NCBI GenBank assembly: GCA_000165345.1
Contig: CM000433.1
Coordinates: 704,001-768,000 of the forward strand
DNA: 64,000 nucleotides
Reading direction: 5' to 3'
Positions 32,739 through 44,500 of this stretch are shown in pieces. How positions within the stretch are numbered: the stretch's first letter is position 1; each line of letters begins with the position of its first letter. The notes under the pieces are model-generated. The model worked only from the letters and a program-made list of their open reading frames with translations. It ran no database searches and had not been told where the DNA came from. A program made the position numbers and the translations under genes.

Positions 32739-34085
32739 CTTTTGTTACTTGTGTAATATGCCCGAAATCTATGAAAAAAAAAAATCTATATTGTAAGTAA
32801 GCTATATATAAAATATAAAAACTGCTCTATTAAACTACTACTTTGCTTGCCGTACAATTCTTATTATCTCTTTATCCAAGTATTTAAAGATATGTATACG
32901 CACGCAGGAAAATAAAAATATACTTTGGATTTTTAATGCGCACTGTACGTATCGTAAAAAGATTCATCTCACTTTTTACATGTTGTCTATTCTAAATTTA
33001 TACTTGATTTTTATTTAATCTCTAAACTTTGTCATGTAATCGTCTATTAATACGTATTGGCGCGCGTCTATGCATGGTGGGCGGCAAGGTGCATGCAATT
33101 TGACATAAATGCATTCAATGCAAGATTTATATTTAATATAAAATTTGGTCTTTTTTTTTTACTAAAATCTAACCTTTTTTTATTTACATAACTAAGATTC
33201 GTTTAAATTAATACGTTTCACGTCGTAATATTTATCAAGTAATGTATGTAGCATTGTATACATGTGATGTACGAATTTGTATAAACCTGTAAAGTTTTTT
33301 TCAATTTAAAGTAGCAAATTAATCTTTATAATAAAAAATAACAAAAAAGTGTTGCTTATTATTGGTATTATTTTAATACTAGATAATAGAATTTCTTTTC
33401 TTTTAATCTTTCATTTATGTGTGCGATGCAATACAATGAATTGGCGGAAATATGTGTAGTTTCCTTTTCACTTAATAGTCCTTATATTAATATCAAAAAA
33501 CTATAAACAAATATTTAAAATGGTATAGCAAATTCATCAAATCTTCTTAGTTCTTTTATACTATAGCTTAGAATTTGTAAGTAAGTCTAATTTTTTATTT
33601 ATTTTGAACTCATTCTGTATCTAATGTATATACTTATGATGCTAAATGACTTATTTGGTCATTTTTATAGCCCTAACGCTTTCTATTATTACTGTTTATA
33701 ACCAACTCATTCTGAAGCCCACTATACCTTCCACTTTAAATCTGGTATTAACTATTGATACTATCCAAACCGAACACGCCGAATAAGGTGCACCTCCTCT
33801 CATAATCAAACCAATGTAAAAAACCAAGTATATACAGAAATAAATGAATTTTCAAACCCTAGTGCGCGTACATATTCATAGCAAATACCAATTCTCAACC
33901 TAATAAAAACAAGTTCTAATTACTCAACACTACTTATGATACAAATATTTATCTGAATATATAAATATAAATGCACTGATACATATATGAATATACCTGA
34001 TTCTACATCTCTTCTCATTACCTGTCAATTTCTTTCTTCTCCACCCTCTTCTCCCTATTAATACTAGAATAAATAAATTTTGCAC

Positions 34086-34098
34086 TTTCCCGCCAAAA
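34086..34098. promoter_or_regulatory. E2F-like motif tttcccgccaaaa, ~190 bp upstream of the histone H2B ATG
   Basis: Direct sequence. Its position in front of a replication-type histone gene is consistent with E2F-type cell-cycle control. Confidence 0.4.
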
Positions 34099-34290
34099 CC
34101 CTCAGTAACTGTGGGGCGCATGTATACGTCTCTTAGAAATAAAAGGAAGAATAAATAGTAAAATAGTAAAGGAGAGTAAGGTGTGGATATTAAGTGGATT
34201 TCTCTACAATTTCAACTTTGTGAAAAAAAAGGACAATCACAGTCCGCGGTTCTACACGAATTAGGAAAATTAAGCACAAATAGTATAAAA

Positions 34291-34638
34291 ATGGCCCCAA
34301 AAATGTCTTCAAAGAACAATAAAGGTGCAGCTCCAAAGAAGATCCACAAGAAGAAGAAGGAGAGTTACTCTACATATATCTACAAGGTATTGAAGCAAGT
34401 TCATCCAGAAACTGGAATCAGTAAAAAGTCTATGATGATTATGAACAGTTATATCTCTGACACCTTCGAGAAAATCGCTCAGCAAGCTGCTCAGCTTTGC
34501 CAAACTACCAAGAAGGATACTATCGCATCCAGAGAAATCCAAACTGCAGTCAGACTTGTTTTACCAGGTGAACTCGCAAAGCATGCAGTTTCTGAGGGTA
34601 CTAAGGCTGTTACCAAGTTCACTGGAGGACAAAAGTAA
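34291..34638 (+). CDS. H2B: Histone H2B (115 aa)
   Basis: [70 protein letters not shown]...[10 protein letters not shown]. The ORF-track start at 34183 is a GTG artefact; the real ATG is at 34291 (aaaATGGcc). Confidence 0.95.
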   Translation: MAPKMSSKNNKGAAPKKIHKKKKESYSTYIYKVLKQVHPETGISKKSMMIMNSYISDTFEKIAQQAAQLCQTTKKDTIASREIQTAVRLVLPGELAKHAVSEGTKAVTKFTGGQK

Positions 34639-34643
34639 GTCAA

Positions 34644-34659
34644 TGAATCTTTTGATTCA
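34644..34659 (+). other. Perfect 6-bp/4-nt hairpin (TGAATCttttGATTCA) 6 nt after the H2B stop codon
   Basis: Read directly. Same geometry as a histone mRNA 3' stem-loop, but the stem sequence is not the metazoan GGYYYU consensus. Confidence 0.3.
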
Positions 34660-35074
34660 TTTTATTTCCATTTTCTCCATTCAAGAATCGGGGATCTGGA
34701 GAATCTAGCAGATCTCCTTATCTTAAATGGATCTTCTTTCGGAAACTAATGGGGATATCTTTGGTGTACATGAATTGGATTAGGTTTCTTAACAATTACT
34801 TAAGAAATTTATCCTATCAGTGCTGTTATACTAGAAAGTGATTCCAAGGGCTTATATTTCAAAATTCTAATTCAAGTAATAATAGGATTTAAGTATCATC
34901 AAATATGAATCCAATCAAAGGCTACTTATACCAGGCGTCACTAGACNCCACATTTTCTGTCACTTTATCAACTAAAATAGAATAATTAATGAATATGTAT
35001 ACTATATTTATATTGTTTCTTTTTCACTCTCCTGTCATAAATCTAGCCAGTGAATCTTCTGTTGATGTTGTAAC

Positions 35075-36679
35075 CTAGAGGTGGTAATAGTTTGTTAAAG
35101 AAAAATTTAAGGTAGGTGGAATTTTGCTACTGGATGTTACTCCTTTTGAACTTACCATTCTTTCTATTGCTTTTAGCTCTTTCAATATTTGTACAATACT
35201 AATCCTTTTTGGATAGGAATTCTCCCAACTAACTTTATTTACTTGTAATTCTATATTTGTATTATTTTGAACATTAAGTGTGGAAGAGGAGGTTGGATGG
35301 AAAGATGAAGATGAAGATGAAGATAAAGATTGGGAAGATGAAGATGATGAAAGAANANNAANAANAATGANTNTGGAANTNGNNNANAAGNTGTCATNNA
35401 NCNTNNNNTNGCNNTAGTCCAATAATCTCCTTAAAATGAAGAATATGTGATAATTTTGAAAACCCACAACATCTTGAAACAAGACCTTGGATGAGAGATA
35501 TATTGCTAAACAAAAGTGAGTCTTTAACAGGATTAAGATCTAATGTGGCGCCAGAATAACCAACATAAGCTTGAACTTGGAGATTCCCAAGCCCACCAAA
35601 AGGAGGTTGCCCATTAATCATTTCCCAAAGAATTGCTCCTATAGAATAAGAATCGATTGATTGACAGCGTTCAAACTTATTCTCTAGATATAGTCTTGCC
35701 GGCTCTAGTAGAGGAGAATTAGTTTTAAGAACTTCTGGAGGTAAATAGTTCAGGATTCTATCATCTGAAAGTCTAGGGGAGCTGGAAACCTGGTTTAAAA
35801 ATGAAAATTCATTTTCAATAGAAGAACAATTCAGATTTGGAAAATCCAAACTTGAATTAGAGTCAGTGTTAGTTGTAACTTTCTTATTTCCCAGTATATC
35901 CAAGTAAATACTATCGTTTGGATAAAAAGAAGCTTCCAGTAAACAATGTCCAAAGTCTGCAAGCTTAACTGATAAATCTTCCTCAATTAATATATTAGTA
36001 GGTTTTAAATTTAGATGAAATATACCTCTTTGTTTTAAATACAAACATCCTGTAGCTATTCCTTTAGCAATTTTGATAGCACTTTGAGTATGAATTCCAA
36101 AAGATAAATTATATTCTGGAATTTCTGGCCAAAATGATGGATTTTGACTTCTGGAATTTGGACTTAGAATTAGATTTAAACTGGACATGCTTAAATCCGA
36201 GATATTATTTAGCTCTGATCCAGTATTCATTTCAAAATCGGTTTCAAAATTTGGATTAAAATTTAAATTTGGTATATAATAAGTGAATTCAGGATTCATC
36301 TTAATCTCATCATGACTAACTTTTTCTGAATTGTTATTAATTGTATCTTTTAAATTATAATAATATGGTGGGAAATTCATTTTTATGGATTTTGAATCAG
36401 AATCTTTCCATACACAATTATACATGCAAATACAAGATCCTTTATATAGGAGCTTTTGAAGAGAACCATTATGTACATATTCAGTTATAACACAATGTAT
36501 ATCTGAAGAATAATGACAAAATCCCAAAGTTAAAATTAAACAAGGATGTCTTAAAGACCAAATAAGCTTGCATGTATTTTCCCAAAGCTTTAATTGTAAT
36601 ATCTTCCCTCTAAAGACTTTAATAACAACATCCTTTCCAAGCCATTTCCCAAGATAACAGCAGGAACTACTGGAAAAAA
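35075..36679 (-). CDS. Exon 2 of the same gene: TKL-like protein kinase domain with degenerate catalytic motifs (predicted pseudokinase); 3' end disturbed by the N-masked block
   Basis: Acceptor tttacAG at plus 36681-36680; intron 36680..36744 is 65 nt and AT-rich. The splice joins in frame to ...CKCSKG|VFSSSCCYLGKWLGKDVVIKVF...RHPCLILTLGFC...VITEYVHNGSL...HLNLKPTNILI...KLADFG...PPEVL. HLN replaces HRD and PPE replaces APE. The ORF-track start at 36527 is a TTG artefact. The kinase frame enters the masked block at 35356-35414; a Ser-rich tail continues in another frame to the stop at 35075. Confidence 0.55.
35356..35414. other. Partly N-masked block inside the kinase coding region
   Basis: n characters interleaved with called bases. 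Explains the apparent frame change between ORFs 35394..36527 and 35075..35482. Confidence 0.9.
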
Positions 36680-36744
36680 CTGTAAACAGTGTGAATTACT
36701 ATTATTCAAAATCTATATATAATATTTAAATTGAAAGAACTTAC

Positions 36745-37594
36745 CTCCCTTACTACATTTGCATGGAAAATCTGTCCTTTCTAACTTTTGGACGAAGATC
36801 AACTGTTCAAAAGGGATATTAATCCCAGAATAACTATATAGATTTAAAGGTCTTGATATGAATAAAGGCGGAAGAAAACTTTTTTTGGTGATTTCAGATT
36901 CAGTTGGATATTTAATAAATTGTCTAGGTAAGAACAATGGTCCAAAAACTAATCTAAATTGTTTAATACAATTGCTTAGCTTAATTCTATGACCAACTTT
37001 ATTAACTCCAAGTGCTCTAGCAATACCATTAGCTGATAAAAGATTGGAAGAAAGTAGCAAATCATCTAATGTTAATTTCTTATGAATGAGCTCAAAATAA
37101 TCATCCAATTCCCAATTTTTTAATAAATCCTTCAATAAATTATCAAATTTTTCTTGATCATGTAATTGATTGTTTTTGAAATACTCTAATTCTGGGTTTA
37201 TATCGTAATACTTTTCTATTCTTGAATTCCCTAATATCTTTCTCTTTTCATTAAACTTCCTGTCAATATTTATAATAGTTTTTGTTTTAAACAAGTTTTC
37301 ATCTATTTTTGGTATTTCATACCTTCCTAAGAAATACCCCCTACTAAACTCCCCAGCTTTATACTCAGATTCATACATACTTCCATCTAATGCTACCATT
37401 ATCCCTTTTCCTTTACGTCCTACTTTTGATACCTTTCCAACAAATTTGCTTTGATCTTTTTCCCTAAAATAAACTATTCCAACTTCTTCTAATATATTAT
37501 AGTAGCTTTGATGGTCTTTAAGTTCAAATTTTTTTTCTTTTGAGTTTAACTCAGTCTCTATACATATATCCCCATTGGAATATATTAACAACAT
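36745..37594 (-). CDS. Exon 1 of a SAM-domain/pseudokinase gene (SAM-containing N-terminal part)
   Basis: ATG-initiated ORF 36713..37594. SAM-like segment LLKNWELDDYFELIHKKLTLDDLLLSSNLLSANGIARALGVNKVGHRIKL. The exon ends ...AGTAAGGGAG|GTAAGTTC with a perfect donor (plus 36744-36739). The in-frame TAG 30 nt further on is intronic. Confidence 0.6.
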
Positions 37595-37780
37595 TTTTTT
37601 GCTTACCTTTTCTATCCATCCGATAAATAGAAGTGTTTCAAAAGAGTTAATCTACATAACACACAGCATAAATGCACAAAAACTTTCCGTATCGGTACTT
37701 CATCATTTACTAATTATTCTCTTTTATTTTCTCTCTTGACATTAATTTAATTTGTGCAAATCTTTAGTCACTCAAAATAG

Positions 37781-37805
37781 TTCCCGCCATGTGGCGCCAT
37801 GTGGG
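37781..37805. promoter_or_regulatory. Tandem E2F-like motifs ttcccgccatgtggcgccatgtggg in the divergent kinase/ACS promoter
   Basis: CCCGCC and GGCGCC cores ~190 bp upstream of the kinase-gene ATG (minus). A GCATGCA motif follows at ~37835. Confidence 0.4.
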
Positions 37806-38296
37806 ATTTTTTTATTTCATTTTGCATGCAATGGGCCACTAGTATATTTCAAAGAACAAGGAGTCGAAAACAAGAGAATAAAGACAAGATAGTTAAACTG
37901 TATAAAAGAACAGAATAGAGTAAAAAACATGATAAGTTATTTATTGTATTTGAGAGAAAAGGAACGATAGTATAGCAAAAAGGGGGGTACCTCTAGTAAA
38001 GTTGTTATGAATATCGTAATTAACACAATATACTAAAATGTTGTTATATCTTTGTTGAGAATAAATCACTAACATGAAAAAATAAAATTAGAAAAACTTA
38101 TAAAGAAAAGAAAAACAAATTTTTTTATTCTGTTAAACGGGCTTGTGACAACTACATTGCTTTAATTTGTTTATGTATCAAATCATGAAATTTGTGTTTT
38201 TTTGATAATAGTTAATTAGTGATAAAATAATTTATATATCCTTTCTTGAATAAATGAATAATATATTAGTTTATTGAAATTTCTACTAACCACACA

Positions 38297-38310
38297 TTTC
38301 CCGCCAAAAC
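38297..38310. promoter_or_regulatory. E2F-like motif tttcccgccaaaac, ~500 bp upstream of the acyl-CoA synthetase ATG
   Basis: Direct sequence; same motif family as at 34086. Confidence 0.35.
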
Positions 38311-38812
38311 AATGCATTATAAATAAATACTAAGATAATAAGTTAAAGATTAATAAATTAACATTATGAACAAATGTAGTGAGGTACCAAAAAAATATAA
38401 ATTTTTTCAAATTATAATTTCTTATGGTTGAGTATTAAAGTGTTTTTAACATTGGATTTATAGGATTTAACAATTATTAATTTTTTTAATTTCTTAATAC
38501 GAAATTTAAACAATTATAATAATTATATTTCAAGTTTAATCTCTTTTTGAAGACTAAATTTCAATTAGTAAATATAATAGACTTAATTTTGAATAATAGT
38601 ACTAAGCCAAGTTTATAATCTGATTTGAACTTCGAAATTAATGTATTTTAAATCATAAAAATTTCAAGGTTTAGTTCAACAAATATATAAATATATATAT
38701 ATTTATTTATATGTTAAATATATAAATTTATTAATTCAATTAAGAAAATCCAGGAATCCGATAAAATTTGAGGACAAAAAAAAAGAGATAAGTGAATATT
38801 ATTGGAACTAAC

Positions 38813-40864
38813 ATGGGGAACATTACTTCAAACGTTTTTTATCAACATGATGATTTTATTTACTCCTGTCCAATAGAAGGAACAGGAGATTCAAATTCAA
38901 CTGAAATAAGACGCTGTAAAGAAACGATTAACTCTGAACTCACTTCAAATTTTCATGAAAAGTTGGAAAATTGCTGGGGAATCCTTCTTCACGGAAAAGA
39001 AGCTAGCAATAATGGTGACTATATGGGTGTTAGGGTGCCATTAAAAAATGGAGAATTGAGTGACTATAAGTTTGTAAAATATTCGTACGTAATAAGAAAA
39101 GCAAAAGAAGTGGGAAGTGGCTTACTTCATATTGGAGCAGTCCAGGAAAGAAGTTTTGAAGATTGTAATATAAAATTGAAATGTGTTGCGTTATTTGCGA
39201 AGAACTCTCTTAACTGGTCAATTACTGAGCAGGCTTGTAATGCATATGGAATTTCAACAATTCCTCTTTATGATGTGCTTGGAAATAGTGGATTGACTTA
39301 TATTTTGAATTCAACATTACCAAAGACAGTTTTCTGCTCGGTTAGTTGTTGTAAGAAGCTAATTCCATTACTTGAATCAATGAAGAGTGTTAAGTTTTTA
39401 ATTATGTTGGATAATGAGTCAAAGTTAATACAAGAAAGTGCTACTGATTATATAAAAGAAAATGTTACAATTATGGATTTTGATGATCTTATAAAAATCG
39501 GCAAGAGTAACTTGAGAGAGGTTTCACCTGGTAATTTGGAATCAATCCACTCAATCCATTACACATCAGGCACAACTGGTAATCCAAAAGGAGCAGTTTT
39601 AACTAATAGAGCTTGGGTTTCTTGTACTGCTGCTTTTGTATATGGACAATTGGGGCGTGAAGGTACAAAACTTGGCTCTAATGATAGACATATTAGTTAT
39701 CTTCCTCTTGCACATATTTTTGAAAGAATTGTTCATATGGTTATAACTTATTTGGGTGGTAAGATAGGTTTTTATAGTGGTGATGTCCAGAAAATTGTTG
39801 ATGATATCCAACTATTTAAACCAACGATTTTTATTACAGTTCCTAGAGTTTTGAATAGAATCCACGATGAAGTTATGATGAGTATTGAAGAAAAGCCAAA
39901 ACCATTACAGATGCTTTTCCACTTTGCTCTTAAACAGAAAGAAAGAAGTAATTCTCCTTTCCATTTTATTTGGGATTCAATTATCTTCAATAAGACCAAG
40001 AAAATCCTTGGAGGTAATGTTAAAGCAATTTTGAGTGGAGCTGCTCCATTAGATGAGACAGTTTTGACCAGAATAAGGTGTTTTTCTTGTTCTTATTGTT
40101 TTGAAGGATATGGTATGACCGAACTTCTCGCTGCTTGTATGTCTGAAATCAACGATAACTCCAAAAATATTATTGGTGGCCCCCCTGGATGTTATGAATT
40201 TAAACTTGTTTCAATCCCTGAGATGGATTACAGTGTGAAAAATGATCCTCCTACTGGAGAATTACTTATGAGAGGTCCCTCTTCCTTCAGTGGGTATTTT
40301 AGAAATGAAGAAGAAACCAAGGCTGTAAAGTGTGAGAAGGAAGGTTGGATAAGGACTGGGGATATTTGTCAGCTTCTCCCTAATGGCTCTATTAGAATAG
40401 TCGATAGAAGAAAGAATATATTCAAGCTTTCTCAAGGAGAGTATGTAGCTCCTGAAAAACTTGAGAACATATTTGTGATTTGTTGTGAACTAATATCCCA
40501 GGCACTTGTTATTGGCAGATCAACTGAAAGTTTCTTGGTTGCAATTTTTGTTCTTGATGAAGAATTTACCATGAAATATGTAAGAACCAATCAATTAGGA
40601 GATGATTTGAAATTCAAAGACGCTGTTACCCACCCTAAAATTATTGAGAAAATCAAATTAGACATTGAAAAGGCTGAATTGCAACACAAAATTCTCGGTT
40701 ATGAAAAAATTAGAGCATTCAAATGTATATCTACACCATTTTCTGTCGAAAACGAACTTCTTACCCCAACTTTCAAAGTTGTTAGGCACAAAGCCATCAA
40801 GTTCTATGAGGAATCAATTAATGAAATGTACAAGGATGGCTACTCAAAACCTAAGAATGAATGA
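38813..40864 (+). CDS. Long-chain fatty-acid-CoA ligase (acyl-CoA synthetase, AMP-binding family), 683 aa from the first ATG
   Basis: AMP-binding signatures YTSGTTGNPKGAVLTNRA, GYGMTE, GWIRTGDI...DRRKNIFKLSQGEYVAPEKLENIF. The ORF-track start 38792 is GTG. The first ATG at 38813 gives MGNITSNVFY..., which fits the N-myristoylation consensus MGxxxS. Confidence 0.9.
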   Translation: MGNITSNVFYQHDDFIYSCPIEGTGDSNSTEIRRCKETINSELTSNFHEKLENCWGILLHGKEASNNGDYMGVRVPLKNGELSDYKFVKYSYVIRKAKEVGSGLLHIGAVQERSFEDCNIKLKCVALFAKNSLNWSITEQACNAYGISTIPLYDVLGNSGLTYILNSTLPKTVFCSVSCCKKLIPLLESMKSVKFLIMLDNESKLIQESATDYIKENVTIMDFDDLIKIGKSNLREVSPGNLESIHSIHYTSGTTGNPKGAVLTNRAWVSCTAAFVYGQLGREGTKLGSNDRHISYLPLAHIFERIVHMVITYLGGKIGFYSGDVQKIVDDIQLFKPTIFITVPRVLNRIHDEVMMSIEEKPKPLQMLFHFALKQKERSNSPFHFIWDSIIFNKTKKILGGNVKAILSGAAPLDETVLTRIRCFSCSYCFEGYGMTELLAACMSEINDNSKNIIGGPPGCYEFKLVSIPEMDYSVKNDPPTGELLMRGPSSFSGYFRNEEETKAVKCEKEGWIRTGDICQLLPNGSIRIVDRRKNIFKLSQGEYVAPEKLENIFVICCELISQALVIGRSTESFLVAIFVLDEEFTMKYVRTNQLGDDLKFKDAVTHPKIIEKIKLDIEKAELQHKILGYEKIRAFKCISTPFSVENELLTPTFKVVRHKAIKFYEESINEMYKDGYSKPKNE

Positions 40865-41104
40865 ACTCTAATGAACTTTAATTGTTTCTGCTCAAAAATT
40901 TACTCAACCTTCCTTCCATAATGTTCTAATTTTTTTTTTCTCCATTTAATCTAGAATTAATTTTAAGTATTTTTTTTTCTAATTGTCCACATGAAATATT
41001 AAATTATTTCATTGAAATATTTTATTACGTGTTTACCTAAGTGACGACTATTGCTATATGATAAAATTTATATACCGGTGATTTGCAAGAATCCACTTGC
41101 AAAT

Positions 41105-41118
41105 TTGCATGCATGCAA
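41105..41118. promoter_or_regulatory. Perfect 14-nt palindrome TTGCATGCATGCAA (double GCATGCA motif) ~400 bp upstream of the 41520 gene
   Basis: Read directly. GCATGC(A) copies also occur at 20416, 20447, 20690, 20731, 33088, 37834, 51750 and 53930-53970, all intergenic. Confidence 0.4.
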
Positions 41119-41519
41119 GTTTGCATTTTGTAAACATTTTTAAGCAAAAATGAATTTTTTGTTTCAGCGGGGCGGATTATAGTAGAGATCTTTGGAGCAT
41201 ATAAAGAAAATTACAGATCCCAGACAATAGTTAAATATAAAATATTATTATTAATTTTATTAAAGAATAACCAAATTAACCTCAAAAAGAGTAACAAGAG
41301 CTAATCTCTTGTGGTGTATAATTTGAGAAAATTTTATTATAAGATAAATAACTGCTAAAATTGTGGGGAAAGCCAAATATAGGTATAATAAATTTCCTAG
41401 TTCTTTCTCTTTCCCCCTTAAGTTTTATTTCTTCTAGTATTCAAAACTAATATTATTCTTAATGAAATGAATGGAAACTCTAATATAAAGTTCTAAAGAT
41501 AAGTTATAAAAGATTAAAA

Positions 41520-44500
41520 ATGTTCAGTTTGGTGTTAAAACTTTTTGTGTTGCTTTTAATGCACACACTAGTATCTTGTGAAAAATTTGAAGAACTTATA
41601 AAACCATTGAAGAAACAAGTTTTTGAACAAGTTGAGTTTCCAAATACTATTTGGGAATCTTTAACAATAGAAGAGGAAAAAGAATATAAAGAGATTTACG
41701 ATAATATAATTCTAGAGAAGCAAGTAGAATATAATATAATAATACGAGAATTTGAAGAATCTTTGGCAAATTATAAGGTAGAACAAGGAGAATTAGACAC
41801 AATATTAAGAAGTTTATCTAATTCAATTGATAAATTGGGGGGTTTAAACAAAGAAAATCAAATTCAGGAAATATTAGGAGGAAAAGGTATTGTTGAATTT
41901 TCTAAGTTGAATAGAAACCTTGAATTTGGCAAGGACTTGTTAGAAAAAGAATTGTTAATAAACAAAAATTCTATTGAAAATTCAGGCAATGAGATATTTA
42001 CTAATCTAAGGCAACCTGTGGATAATTTAGTACAAAAAGTTACAAATATAAGTAGTAATACAGAAAAATATCTTAAAGCCTTACAACTATTGAATGTATA
42101 TAGAGAAAGAAGTCACGAAATTTATAATTTAGAACAACTCATTTCAAAAAATACAGTTTCAATAGGTTTATTGGTAAGTGGTTGGACATATATATTAAGT
42201 GAAATTGAAACACTTATTAAAGATCAACTACAACCTCTTATTGATGTAAAGAATGAGAAGTTAACTTCAGGTCATGACATGTTGAAAAAGCTGGAACTTA
42301 TTAATTCCATAATAGATAGTACAATTTTGATAAAATATGGAAAGTTAGAAAATGAGAAAATTGATGAAAAAGGTGGAAATGAAAGTTTAATCAAGGAAAT
42401 TAAAATTAAGAATTTAGATATGGAAAAAATTTCAATTACTGATCAATTAATTAAGTGGAGACTTGAATTGATTCCATCTATTTTAAACATATTTCAAAGT
42501 CCACTATCTAAATTATTGATAGAAATCAATAAGTATATGATGGATGCCAACTTGTTAGATGGATTTGATCAAATCAACGAAAGGATTCAAGAAACAAATG
42601 AAGCTCATAATGAATTAAATCAAATTAAATCAAAAATTGACTCAATTTGGTTTAGTTTAAAGTATTTAAGCAAAGATGATGTTTTGGTTAAGAAAAATGA
42701 AAAAATAAAAAGTGTTACAGATTACGATGATGTCTATGATGAAAATAACCAAAAAATTTCACTATTGTTCAATCACTTAATTGAAGAGAAAAATCAAATT
42801 GAATCATTGTCTAGAAATTCAACATTTAGTGAAAATCATCAGATTTTTTTGGCCTTAAATACTTTAAAATGTTTGTCAGAATATTATCAAATATCAAAAG
42901 AAAATGATTTAAATGTTTTATTTACTTATTCAAAAATTAACCAAGAATGTGTGGGATTCTTTTTGAACAAGATCAATTCATATAATATAGAGGAAAATAA
43001 GGAGTTTATTAGCATTGGACAAATAAAGGATCCTGCCACAAGATTTGAAAATATAATTTTTCATTATATTTCCATAATATTCCCAAATTCAGAAGAAAAA
43101 GATGAAAATTCCTTTAATAATTATCCAATATCTGAATTAATGCAAGAACTTGAGTTAAGTTATAGTCATATAGATGTTAATGAAACAGAAAGTTTTGATT
43201 TGAGAAAAAATAATCGATTAAACAATATTAATGAAAAAATGGTTAAATATAATGATTATATTTTTGATTTTAAGAAAAATCTTGAGGGGATTAAGAAAAC
43301 AACATCATTGGAGAGTTTTGAAATCTTGAGACATTATTTATCTGATTTAACTAAAATATTTGAAGATCATGTAAAAGAATCCATAGGAAATAAGGATGAT
43401 GCATCTATTCTATTTGATCAATTATTAAAAGAATTTACAGTAATGTTGGAGGAATTATCAGAAAAAGAACTTAATAATGATCACTTAAAAGTCTCAATAA
43501 GTAAAAGATTTGAAGATATCCAATTCTTATTCAATGATTTTATTGCTAGAATCAACTTAGAATTTCAAAGATCAAATCGACTAAATTCTAAAGAGTTTGT
43601 TGATAATACTCAAACAAGTTTGGAAGAAATCGATGTTGAAATTAGAATATTTAATGAAGAACTAGCTCAAGTGAACGAATTTATGTACAAGAAACATTTA
43701 AATAATATTTTATCTCTTTCAACTTATGTATATACGTCAAAGTTATTATTAAATCCTGTAACTAATTTAAAGGATGAAAATAAACTAACTGGAGAATATT
43801 TCCCCGATCAATTTACTGATTTATTTAGAGAAAAGTATAGATATATCTTAAATTATTTAGGATACTATTATAAAATTTATCAAGATTTTAAAGAAAAGAA
43901 GAAAATCATTTTGGATAGAGAAAATCAAATCAATAATAAACTTTCGAATATAGAGTCTGAATTAATGAAAAGATCCAATATAACTACAATTAATTCATCT
44001 ATAATGCATAAAATTCAAAGACAACGTAAAATTGCAGAAAAAATACTTGCTGGTTATTTAATGCTAACAATTACATTATATCATTCAAGATCTGAGGATA
44101 TTAAAAATACAATAACTGCTTTAAATCATTCTATTTCTAATTTTGATCATCAAATTTCAGTCTTTCAAAAACAAAATAAACTTGATGGTAAAATTGGATT
44201 TAAAAGTGTAATCAAGAATATCTTAAGGTCAAGAAAATACTTAAAACTTCGAAAGTATTATAAAAGAATGAAAAAGTTTCAAAGCTATTTGTCTCATAAA
44301 AAGCAACAAATTTCTGAATTTTTAAAATTCTCAGAAAGTACATTAAATAGTTTAAATCAAGAATTAATAAAGATTGTCGATCAATATTTATGTAGAAAAA
44401 AAGGGGTGGAAAATGATTTAGAGTATTTTTATAATGAAAGAAATGATAATAATGAAAATATTGAACCAATACAAATTATTATGGGAGATTTGTACAATAT

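Noticed and set aside
37900-38000. GGAACGAUA-containing stretch reminiscent of U6
   Set aside because: Lacks the invariant ACAGAGA and AGC triad context; not U6.
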